Made by a program: the position numbers and the translations under genes
The notes under the pieces: model-generated
Databases searched by the model: none
Told to the model about the DNA's origin: nothing
Seen by the model: only the letters and a program-made list of their open reading frames with translations
From: an uncultured Bacteroidota bacterium
Lineage (GTDB): Bacteria > Bacteroidota > Rhodothermia > Rhodothermales > DASSAV01
Assembly (NCBI GenBank): GCA_963790965.1
Contig: CAWBQO010000002.1
Span: 1-64,000, forward strand
Length of the DNA: 64,000 nt
Reading direction: 5' to 3'
Shown: piece by piece, positions 42,096 to 50,746 of the stretch
Numbering within the stretch: position 1 is the first letter of the stretch
How the letters are laid out: every line of letters starts with the position of its first letter

Positions 42096-42792
42096 ATTTC
42101 TTGATCTTGAGGACATTACTTTGAGTTGATGAAAACGATTCATCTGCAACCATGAATCGATTCTAAGTCCTCTAGCTCTTATGTCTATTATTGATCCTAC
42201 TTTGGTTTATCGGTGAAATCGTCAATAATTCACCCCTAGGAGAGATTGCGGCTATTTAGTCAATATCCGAATAACTCGGATCAGAGCTATTGACCTTGGC
42301 TTTATTTGGGAGATCACACCGTCAAAAAATCCTTAGCAAGAAGAGACTGGAGCACTTGATAGCAGGACCAAAAGCATCTCAGGCCCCTTCTTCTCACTTG
42401 AAATTGAGTCACCCATTAATAGATAAATCCAGAAATCAGTGATCTTATTCATTGACCGGGAGTATTTTCAGCATATTTTACTCAATGTAATAGAGTCAGA
42501 TTAGGTAGAATTCGGTATTAACACCATTGGTCAGCCAATCCGAATAATTCGGATGATAATTGCTAGGTATATTGGTCTTCGTTACATATCTATACGTGTA
42601 ACGGGACGTGATACGTTAACAATCGAGGAGCAAAAGGCGGCGATAAAGTAAACTTTGGAATCACAAATGAAATAAGTCTAGTTGACTTCCGAATCCGAAT
42701 ATATGGGACTCAAGAGAAATTTAAATTGATCTCAATTTCATTGGTCGCTCCGAGGAGTAAATTAGGGAATTGGTCCCTGAGGAGATCACCCT

Positions 42793-43500
42793 TTACTCGA
42801 TTTGATGGGCCGGAAATGCTGATGGCACCAATAGCGGTACCATTGGTATCCGTAATGGGGACTCCAACTCCATTAAGTCGTTGAACAGATTCCTCAAGAT
42901 TGAACGCATACCCCGTTCGGCGATTTGGTCCAGTTCTTCGAACAGCTGCTCCTGATCGATGATTGTTTCTCCGGTTTGGGGAGGGAGACCATACTTTCTA
43001 ACAATCTCACTCACACGTTCTCGCGAAAAAGTTGAGAGAATTGCCTTACCGGCGGCGAGCTGATGGAGATAGCCGAACTGCCCCTCCCGTGCATTGGTCT
43101 GAACAGAGTGACGACCGGATGCACCGTAGAGATGGATACTCCGACCGTGTTCCTCGGTCACACACCAGACCTTTTCATTTGTTTCCTTAGCTAACTCGTC
43201 TACCTTTGGTACTGCAACATGATAGAGGTCGCATTGTCGCCGAGAATGCAAGCCAAAATCCAGCATTCGAAGCCCAATCCGATATCGTCCATTGTCAACC
43301 GTTACGAGATCAAGATCCTCTAAGGTGTGTAGGTGACGGTGGATAGTGCTCCGAGAGGGATCTAGCGCTCCAGCTAATTCAGCTAGCGTGACTTCATCGC
43401 GCTTCTTGATCTCAGTGAGAATTTTGTTTGCGGTTTCGACTGTCTTTACAGGTCGGGACGGAGTGGTTGGCATATATTGACAGTCATTTTGCTTCTTCAT
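42793..43500 (-). CDS. IclR-family transcriptional regulator
   Basis: N-terminal wHTH (LAELAGALDPSRSTIHRHLHTLEDLDLV) plus C-terminal IclR effector domain; alternative start at 43473. Confidence 0.7.
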   Translation of the reverse strand: MKKQNDCQYMPTTPSRPVKTVETANKILTEIKKRDEVTLAELAGALDPSRSTIHRHLHTLEDLDLVTVDNGRYRIGLRMLDFGLHSRRQCDLYHVAVPKVDELAKETNEKVWCVTEEHGRSIHLYGASGRHSVQTNAREGQFGYLHQLAAGKAILSTFSRERVSEIVRKYGLPPQTGETIIDQEQLFEELDQIAERGMRSILRNLFNDLMELESPLRIPMVPLLVPSAFPAHQIE

Positions 43501-43795
43501 AAGCTGTTCGAATTATTCGGATAGATTTCAAGGGCTCTAAGTAATATGTGCTGATTATTGAATGTGGAATGCGGATACATGAAAGACAGGATTCATATAG
43601 ACGTTTACAAGGTCAATTACTGCTGTCAGAGCTTCTAAGAGAGAACTAATCAACTATAACGACAAAAGATTTAAGAATACTCTTGATATTGTAGTAATGT
43701 ATGTTATTCGATAGAGCATGCCACGGTGATAGCAATAAGTCAGATGTTATAACTGAAGAGTATTTATTGCGACTCCTTCTGGAGGTACTTCCCAA

Positions 43796-43954
43796 ATGAG
43801 CTATCTCTTCGGATTTCCAACACCAGTTGTTGAAGTGCTCTTAGTCATGTTATGTATTATCCTCTCTTCAGCGATCTACTTCGGACTTCAATTCGAGCCG
43901 GTAGAAACGATTGAAGAAGAAACGATAACAGCAGGTACGGAGGCATCCGAATGA
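43796..43954 (+). CDS. Small single-TM protein (52 aa) translationally coupled to the SSS symporter; DUF3311/YhdT-like accessory subunit candidate
   Basis: Not in the ORF track (<60 aa): MSYLFGFPTPVVEVLLVMLCIILSSAIYFGLQFEPVETIEEETITAGTEASE; ATGA overlap with the 43951 start. Confidence 0.4.
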   Translation: MSYLFGFPTPVVEVLLVMLCIILSSAIYFGLQFEPVETIEEETITAGTEASE

Positions 43955-45354
43955 CACTAGCCTTAGCACTATATCCGTTACAAGCATGGGGAGAAAATAT
44001 AGGAGTTCATTATTCATCACCGATCGCAATTATCTTCATCATCGTATTTTCAGTCTTAATGATCGGTATCGGTATTTACGCCGGGAGGCGTCAATCAAAT
44101 GAAGAGGACTATTTTGCAGCAGGACGGAGTGGAGGTATAATCGTTGTTTCATTAGCGATCTTTGCTTCTATTCAAAGCGGATGGGGGATGGTTGGGGTGA
44201 CTGGTACTGGGTATGAAATTGGCGTAGAATATCTTCTAATAACAGGGACTCTCGTCCCATTAGGATTTGTCATATCATACTGGCTACTTGGGCGAAAGAT
44301 GCGGATATTAGGAGAAACGCATGACGCGATTACGGTCCCAGATGCAATGTTCTATCAATTTAACGATGAGCGTGTTCGGCTACTGGGATCGATATCGGTC
44401 TTATTGGGTTGTATAGGATATCTAGCAGCCCAGTATGCAGCCTTAGGAATTATTGGGTCACTCATTCTCCCAGTGAATTTCCTTGAAGCACTCCTCTTAG
44501 GACTAATCGTTGTGGGATTTTATACAGTCATTGGAGGGATGCTTGCAGCCATCTGGTCTGACGCCGTTCAAGGAATAGTAATGATCATTGGTGCGTTGCT
44601 CACTGCTTTCTTCCTTATTACAAATTATCCAGGTGGTACAAGTGGGATGATATCAGATATTATGGCACACAATCCAGGGTATTTCAATTTCTCATTACTA
44701 GGGATGAATGGCACCGCCGCGATAGGACTGCTGCTCTCGGTCGTCATCATCAATCTCACAGTAGCTGGGCAGCCACATGCGATAACGAAATTCTATATGA
44801 TTAGGGATGTCTCGCTCCTACGTTGGGGGCCACTTCTCACCGCTGTAGGCTATGCAGTGACTGCGTTGTACTGGGTCGCTGCTCCCTTCGCTCGAGCTGC
44901 AGTTACTGCGGGACATGTTCCGAACCCAGGTACCCCTGACGCTGCCCTCCCACTCGCTGTTATTGAATATTCTCCAGATGTAGTCGTTGCGTTTGTTCTG
45001 ACAGCAGTAATCGCCGCAATTATGTCCACAAGTAATTCATTCTTGAATATGGGCGCTTCGGCCGTCGTCCACGATTACTTCATTAAATACTCAGACAAGG
45101 AACTGTCTGACAAGGAAGAAGTTCGGTATGCACGTCTCACTACATTCGGCATTCTTGTAGTTGCGTTCATTCTAGTCTGCCTAGTTTCCCAGGTCTCATA
45201 TTTGTATAGGAGCTGCTGGTTGGGCGATTTTCGCAGCGGTCATTTTTCCCTGCGTTGCGATTGCATACAATTGGAAAGGGGCTACCACGGAAGGCGCACT
45301 TGCCGGTGGCAGTGTCGGCCTTATCCTCGCTATAGCTTGGGCATATGCTGCTAA
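43951..45354 (+). CDS. Sodium:solute symporter (SSS) family transporter. Apparent frameshift near 45190, with the C-terminal part continuing in another frame to ~45500 and then reading into foreign high-GC sequence
   Basis: Multi-TM SSS architecture (…AAGRSGGIIVVSLAIFASIQSGWGMVGVTGTGY…). The last ~50 aa of the called ORF are non-protein-like, while frame 45404.. continues with TM-like sequence (QAAMVIGYVVFIIVSLGTST…). Confidence 0.6.
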   Translation: MTLALALYPLQAWGENIGVHYSSPIAIIFIIVFSVLMIGIGIYAGRRQSNEEDYFAAGRSGGIIVVSLAIFASIQSGWGMVGVTGTGYEIGVEYLLITGTLVPLGFVISYWLLGRKMRILGETHDAITVPDAMFYQFNDERVRLLGSISVLLGCIGYLAAQYAALGIIGSLILPVNFLEALLLGLIVVGFYTVIGGMLAAIWSDAVQGIVMIIGALLTAFFLITNYPGGTSGMISDIMAHNPGYFNFSLLGMNGTAAIGLLLSVVIINLTVAGQPHAITKFYMIRDVSLLRWGPLLTAVGYAVTALYWVAAPFARAAVTAGHVPNPGTPDAALPLAVIEYSPDVVVAFVLTAVIAAIMSTSNSFLNMGASAVVHDYFIKYSDKELSDKEEVRYARLTTFGILVVAFILVCLVSQVSYLYRSCWLGDFRSGHFSLRCDCIQLERGYHGRRTCRWQCRPYPRYSLGICC

Positions 45355-45519
45355 GTATCTTGGAGTAAGTCTGCCATATGGTATTCTTGGAGGACAAGCG
45401 GCGATGGTCATCGGTTATGTCGTCTTCATCATTGTTTCGCTCGGCACTTCCACGAGCGCATATGACGAACTCAGTGAGGAGATGCAGCAGATTATGGATC
45501 TTGGGAGAGTCAGAGGAGG

Positions 45520-47907
45520 TCATGTGGATAATCTTACCATCACTACTGACGGTGGTAGTGAACCAGGTTCGGCAGCAACCGAGCCGGCAGCCGCTGAGTC
45601 GGCGGCGGCCAGGGGCAAGAGATCGGCGGTCGACGGATCGCCGGTGGCCGTGTGCGGCGAAGCGTAAACGGTATCGGGACTGATAGCAAGAACGGCCGGC
45701 CGGAGGGTGTCCGCCACCGGTTCAATTCCAAAGGCGCGCAGGAGCGAATCCGCGACGGAGACCGGCACGGGATCATAGAGACTGAGGCTGTCCGCTCGCG
45801 CCCAATCAGTCAACGCAGATGCGGCGGCCATGAGGGCCTTCGGTGCGGCGGGCGTCTCACGATAATCGGCTGCGAGAGACATAAAAGCCGAAAAGCCTTC
45901 CTGCGGATGGCCCTGTTGCCACTGCTCGTAGGCGCGCGCGTAAAGCCGCTCCGCCTGTGCAACGGAATCGGCATCCACCACGTGCACGGGAGCCGCGCCG
46001 AGGCGCTCGCGAATGAGATTTGCGAACTCCGACTCCGGGAAGGACTCAACGACGTGGCGGTAGAGCCGGTTGGCCGTGGTCGAATCGCCAAGAGCGCGCT
46101 GCACCTCGGCGAGGGCGTAGTAGGCGCGCTGCGAGACCGGAAGGGTTTCGTTCTCGTCGATGACCATGCGGTACCAGGTGGCGGCCGAGTCCGCCCGGTT
46201 CATGGCCAGAAATAGGACATTGCCGAGTTCGTACCGAGCCATCGCTCGTTCGTTGATCACGCGCGTTCGGGAAACGATGTCTCTCGGAATGCCGGACACG
46301 TCAACGACGGGCAGCTGTTCGTCTGCGGTGGCGAGGGATCCGGTGAGGGTGGCTCCAGGAACGGCAATGTCCGCGCCCGCTCCTTCGTCTGCCGCCAGGC
46401 GCGTGATCGCTTCCTTGCGTCGCCAGTTCGGGACCAGCGGCCGTTCGCCCCACCGGTCCACGAAAACCATCCACCCTTCTTGCACCCGCAACGGGTCATC
46501 GAAAGACAGGAAGGAGGCCCCTTCCCGTGCGGCGGTCGCGCCGGGCGAGCGCTGGTCGACGACAGCTCCCCGCGTGTTGCGGAATCCTTCCTCCGCCTGC
46601 CGACGCTCCAGATCGCGCTCTTGCTGCTTCAGTTCGTCCCTGCGAGCTTCCCGTAGCCGGAGAACGAAGGCTTCATACGCTTCGTCATCGAGGCTGCCGA
46701 CGTACAGCAGCGAATCGAGCAAAGCAACGCGCTGCCTCACCTCGGCGAATCGCCGGAACGTCTCGGCCTGCCTGCCGGCATCCGTCAGCGCTTCAGGTGC
46801 CCACTGCTTTTTGAGCGTCCCGGGCGCATCGCTTTTCTGGCCCAGCGCGGACGCCGCCGTATCAAAGTGAGCCGCTGCGAAAACGTAGTCGTGGTAAACG
46901 TCCCGGTAGAGTTCCGCGAGGGCGTAGTGGACGGGTCCGCGAATGGCCGAAATGTTGGCATCTGAGCCGTAGAGGACCTCGTCGAAGGTCAGAAAGGCTT
47001 CGTCGGCTTCGCCCTGCGCCTGCAAGATGCGGCCGCGGGTGAAGAGCAGTTCGCCCCGGTTGGCGTAGTGGTTGTCGTCGCGCTCCATCTTGCGCAGCGA
47101 CTGCATCGCCCATTCCGGATTCGTGTGCTGCCCCGCCACGCGAATGGCGCTCAGCTGGGCGGCGTACGAGAGTTCGTAAAGCGGCTTGTGGCGTTCAACG
47201 GACCGGTACGCCTCAACGGCATCGGCGTAGCGACCCATCTTCTCGTAAACTTGTCCGAGCAAAAAGCGGGCGCGGGCGGCGATGTCGTTGTCGCGGACGT
47301 GCTCCAGGCCGAGCACCAGTTCGTCAGAAGCAGGCGTCCACTGCTCCTGCCGCACGTATAGTTCGCCGAGAGCGAGGTGCAGCATGGAGGCCCACTTCTT
47401 CGAGAGTCCTTCTTCTTGCAGGCTGAGCGTCAGGTGGTCGACCGCCTCCGCGTAGGCCTCGCGGGCAATCAGCGTGCGCGCAAGCCAGAAAGTAGCTTCG
47501 TCCTGAAGCGGGCCTTCATCAAAGAGGACTTCCCGGAATTTCTGCTCGGCTCCGAAGTAGTTCTTCTGGTAGAAATAGGATTTGCCAATCAGCAGCAGCG
47601 CGTCGTCGATCCACTTGGACGAGGCGTGGTCGCGCAGCACGTCGGCGCTCTTCTTGATCGCGTTCTCGAAGTCCTGCTGATTCCCCGATCCGGCGGGGAC
47701 GGAGAAGACGGGCAGATAGGTCGTTCTATCAACGGGCTGATTCGTCTTTTCAAGCGCCTTCAGGCCCTTATCGTATGATTTTCGGGCGTTATAGAACGTG
47801 TTGTAATAGGCCGTGAAGTTGTCCACCCGTTTGCCCACGAAGGAGGACGACTTGCACCCGGAGAGCAGGATGATCCCGAGCAACAAGAGAAGGCTGCGGC
47901 GCATCAC
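45520..47907 (-). CDS. TPR-repeat lipoprotein (Bacteroidota-like), 795 aa; C-terminus possibly truncated by the composition junction
   Basis: MMRRSLLLLLGIILLSGCKSS lipoprotein signal; multiple TPR-like helical repeats; the last ~15 codons lie in low-GC sequence. Confidence 0.6.
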   Translation of the reverse strand: MMRRSLLLLLGIILLSGCKSSSFVGKRVDNFTAYYNTFYNARKSYDKGLKALEKTNQPVDRTTYLPVFSVPAGSGNQQDFENAIKKSADVLRDHASSKWIDDALLLIGKSYFYQKNYFGAEQKFREVLFDEGPLQDEATFWLARTLIAREAYAEAVDHLTLSLQEEGLSKKWASMLHLALGELYVRQEQWTPASDELVLGLEHVRDNDIAARARFLLGQVYEKMGRYADAVEAYRSVERHKPLYELSYAAQLSAIRVAGQHTNPEWAMQSLRKMERDDNHYANRGELLFTRGRILQAQGEADEAFLTFDEVLYGSDANISAIRGPVHYALAELYRDVYHDYVFAAAHFDTAASALGQKSDAPGTLKKQWAPEALTDAGRQAETFRRFAEVRQRVALLDSLLYVGSLDDEAYEAFVLRLREARRDELKQQERDLERRQAEEGFRNTRGAVVDQRSPGATAAREGASFLSFDDPLRVQEGWMVFVDRWGERPLVPNWRRKEAITRLAADEGAGADIAVPGATLTGSLATADEQLPVVDVSGIPRDIVSRTRVINERAMARYELGNVLFLAMNRADSAATWYRMVIDENETLPVSQRAYYALAEVQRALGDSTTANRLYRHVVESFPESEFANLIRERLGAAPVHVVDADSVAQAERLYARAYEQWQQGHPQEGFSAFMSLAADYRETPAAPKALMAAASALTDWARADSLSLYDPVPVSVADSLLRAFGIEPVADTLRPAVLAISPDTVYASPHTATGDPSTADLLPLAAADSAAAGSVAAEPGSLPPSVVMVRLST

Positions 47908-48311
47908 GAAGAGTAGGTCTGGGAGACAGGAAAGGGCACGCTGCCGCCGAGGCGCGCCATCGCGGCACCCGGTTAACCGTACCTGAACTCGTATCAGTCG
48001 CCCATATATCGTTGAATTAGGAGGCTGTTGAAATAAAGCAAATCCAGACCAGACATGGCAGGTTATTTAAATAGAATCAACAGCGAACTAAAGAAACGCT
48101 GAGATGCTTCGCTTCGCCGGCAGGACTCGGGCAGGATGTTCTGCTTTAGGTGTGCGCCGCCCTATTTAGCCTTCTCCGGCATCCCCGCTTGTCATCCTGA
48201 ACAGAGTGAAGGATCTACCCCTCCAGACTACTAAGAGGCTGTTGATTTACTATTGATGGGATGTATCGCAGATATTCTGGTCCGCGTCTATGACTGGAAT
48301 GCTGCCTAACA

Positions 48312-48350
48312 CCCCCTTGAATCCCCCTCAAGGGGGACGTTGCGTTTTTA
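48312..48350 (+). terminator. Candidate intrinsic terminator hairpin (9-bp perfect stem cccccttga/tcaaggggg, 7-nt loop) followed by a T-run
   Basis: Read directly from the sequence; oriented for a plus-strand transcript although no plus-strand gene lies upstream. Confidence 0.3.
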
Positions 48351-48363
48351 CTTCGGTCCTTAT

Positions 48364-48405
48364 CGCCAGCTACATACAGCGTCTGCTAATTTTTTAACGG
48401 CCTCC
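48364..48405 (+). repeat. Bacterial intergenic ~42-nt motif, copy 1 (cgNcagctacatacagcg..tNctgNtaNtttttaacNgNctc)
   Basis: Strong similarity to 61574..61615. Confidence 0.4.
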
Positions 48406-48557
48406 TAAATAGCGCCCCCGCCACTTACCCGGCGACGAGGACAAGGCGCGTGTTCTTCAGCATTCGAGCGGTGCACCCCTTCAGATCAACCTTTGTTTAT
48501 CCAGCGGACTAAGAAATAGCAGCCTCTTAAAGCGCCCGGGGGCAGCGGCCGCTGCCG

Positions 48558-49991
48558 CTACTCCATGCGGCTAACCTGAACCATGTTAGTCTGGCCCTTA
48601 GACGGAAGCGGCATTCCGGCCGTGATCACGATGAGGTCACCCGGCTCGGCCAGACCGTGCTCGGAAAGTGTTCTTCTTACAGTGTTTACACCCTGGTCGG
48701 TGTCCGCTTGGAAAGGTATGGCGAAGGCTTTTGTTCCCCAGAGGATACCGAGATGGCCCACCACACGCGGGTCGTCCGTGAAGGCAAAGACGGGCATATT
48801 GGGCCGGTGGCGGGCGATCGCTTTGGCAGTCGTGCCGGATGCCGTGAGGCACGCGATGGCGCGGGCGCTGACCTGCTCGGCCAGCTGCACGGCCGTGAAG
48901 GAGACGGCTCCGGTCACTTCTTCATAGCGCGTCACGCGAGGCGGCCGCAGCTCCGCGCGGGGATGGGTCAGCCGCTGGTAATTCTCGGCTTGTTGGATGA
49001 TCTGCGACATGACTTCGACCACGCGGACGGGGTACTTGCCCGTCGCGGTCTCTGCCGAGAGCATGAGCGCGTCGCTGCCGTCGAGCACGGCGTTGGCCAC
49101 GTCCGTTGCCTCCGCGCGGGTCGGACGGGGATTTTCGATCATGCTTTCGAGCATCTGCGTCGCTGTGATGACGGGCTTTGCGGCTGCGAGGCACTCTTCG
49201 ATGATCATTTTTTGCGCGGGCGGGACCTCTTCGAGCGGCATTTCGATGCCGAGATCGCCGCGGGCCACCATGATGCCGTCGGCCTCATGGAGGATGTCGT
49301 CGATGTCGAGAACGGCTTCCGGCTTTTCGATCTTCGCGATGACGCCGGTTCGCCGGCCGGACGCGCGCACGCGGCGCACGAGGTCGATCACGTCGGCCTC
49401 GCTGCGGACGAAGGAGAGGGCGATCATGTCCACCTCCGACTCCAGCCCGAACTCGAGGTCCTCGATGTCCTTGCCGGTAAGCGAGGGCGTGTTGGTGCGA
49501 ATGTGCGGCAGATTGACGCCTTTGCGTGGCCGAAGCGTCCCGCCGACCACAACTTCGGTCACCACGTCCGACCCGATAATGTCCGTGATTTCCAGTTCGA
49601 TGTGCCCGTCGTCCACGAGGATGCGGCGGCCCACCTCGACGTCCTGCGCGAGCGTCAGGTAGTCGATGTAGACCCGGTCGGCCGTCCCTTCGATCTCGTC
49701 GGTGGTAAGCGTGAGGCGCTGCCCTTTGTGCAGGAGCACGCCGCCGTTGCGGATCTGCCCGACCCGAATCTTCGGGCCTTGCAGGTCTTGCAGGATGGAC
49801 ACGGTGCGCCCGAGACGATGGGCCTCTTCGCGCACGAAACGCATCATCTGGAGATGGCTTTCGTGCGTGCCATGTGAAAAGTTTAGCCGTGCCACATCCA
49901 TGCCCGCGGCAATCAAGGCCGCAATCGCCTCGCGATCCGAACTTGCCGGGCCAAGCGTGCAAACGATCTTTGTCCGCCTTGTACTCTCCAT
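48558..49991 (-). CDS. pyk: Pyruvate kinase
   Basis: MESTRRTKIVCTLGPAS…ARLNFSHG…; 477 aa with canonical PK barrel and C-terminal domains. Confidence 0.85.
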   Translation of the reverse strand: MESTRRTKIVCTLGPASSDREAIAALIAAGMDVARLNFSHGTHESHLQMMRFVREEAHRLGRTVSILQDLQGPKIRVGQIRNGGVLLHKGQRLTLTTDEIEGTADRVYIDYLTLAQDVEVGRRILVDDGHIELEITDIIGSDVVTEVVVGGTLRPRKGVNLPHIRTNTPSLTGKDIEDLEFGLESEVDMIALSFVRSEADVIDLVRRVRASGRRTGVIAKIEKPEAVLDIDDILHEADGIMVARGDLGIEMPLEEVPPAQKMIIEECLAAAKPVITATQMLESMIENPRPTRAEATDVANAVLDGSDALMLSAETATGKYPVRVVEVMSQIIQQAENYQRLTHPRAELRPPRVTRYEEVTGAVSFTAVQLAEQVSARAIACLTASGTTAKAIARHRPNMPVFAFTDDPRVVGHLGILWGTKAFAIPFQADTDQGVNTVRRTLSEHGLAEPGDLIVITAGMPLPSKGQTNMVQVSRME

Positions 49992-50277
49992 AAAGTGCGC
50001 TACGCTGTGGTTGCGGGCCTATGACACCCTGTTTGCTGCCATTGCCGGTTCAACGTTGCCGTTCCGAGCAGCAAAGGTACGACAGAGGCACGATCCGGCT
50101 GCAGGCGCTTTGGCTTCGATACGGTGAATTCCGGAAGCGCAAGCGCTCTGCAGGCGTTGGGGAGCGGAAACGCTGCGGCGCAAAGGTGGTTCGCTATTTG
50201 CAGAGTCCCTTCTAACAACCGGTTCATTGCCATTGTCACTGGTACCATTCATGTTCGTTCTCAGCCGAACGGGGCGC

Positions 50278-50682
50278 ATGTTCGCTTTGTTCGTGACCTT
50301 AATCATCATTCTGAGCGCTTCTGTGCCGTCCGCCTCGGCGCAGGAGAGTCCGAAGAAAATGCTCGACTCCATTCAAGCCGCTTTTTCGAAGGGCGAAAGC
50401 AGGACGTTGATGGACTACACGTCCGAACGAATGGACATGGCGCTGTTTGACAAGCGTGCGCTGGTAAGCCGTGGGCAGGCGGCGTATGTTATGGAAGAGT
50501 TCTTTCGTGCCTTCCCGCCCCTGAGCTGCACCTTCGAAGAACCGACGCGCACGCCGAACGCGTGGTTCGTAGGCGGTCTGTACCGGCACCGCGTCAGCGC
50601 GGACACATTCAACGTCTACGTCGGACTGCGGCGGAAAGGGGAAGCATGGGAACTGCGGGAGATCCGAATCAATAAGCCCTGA
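50278..50682 (+). CDS. Small secreted protein (signal peptide, NTF2-like/DUF4783-like)
   Basis: MFALFVTLIIILSASVPSASAQ signal peptide; ~135 aa; ORF in the track begins at 50227. Confidence 0.4.
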   Translation: MFALFVTLIIILSASVPSASAQESPKKMLDSIQAAFSKGESRTLMDYTSERMDMALFDKRALVSRGQAAYVMEEFFRAFPPLSCTFEEPTRTPNAWFVGGLYRHRVSADTFNVYVGLRRKGEAWELREIRINKP

Positions 50683-50746
50683 TCTACTCTCGGCAGAGTG
50701 GCCTTTGCCGCCCGCCTGATGCCGCTACCGTTCTTCTTGTCTCACC

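Noticed and set aside
48657-49877. 406-aa plus-strand ORF opposite pyruvate kinase
   Set aside because: Antisense shadow ORF in a ~65% GC region, with Arg/Ala/Gly/His-rich low-complexity translation. The pyk frame carries the conserved motifs.
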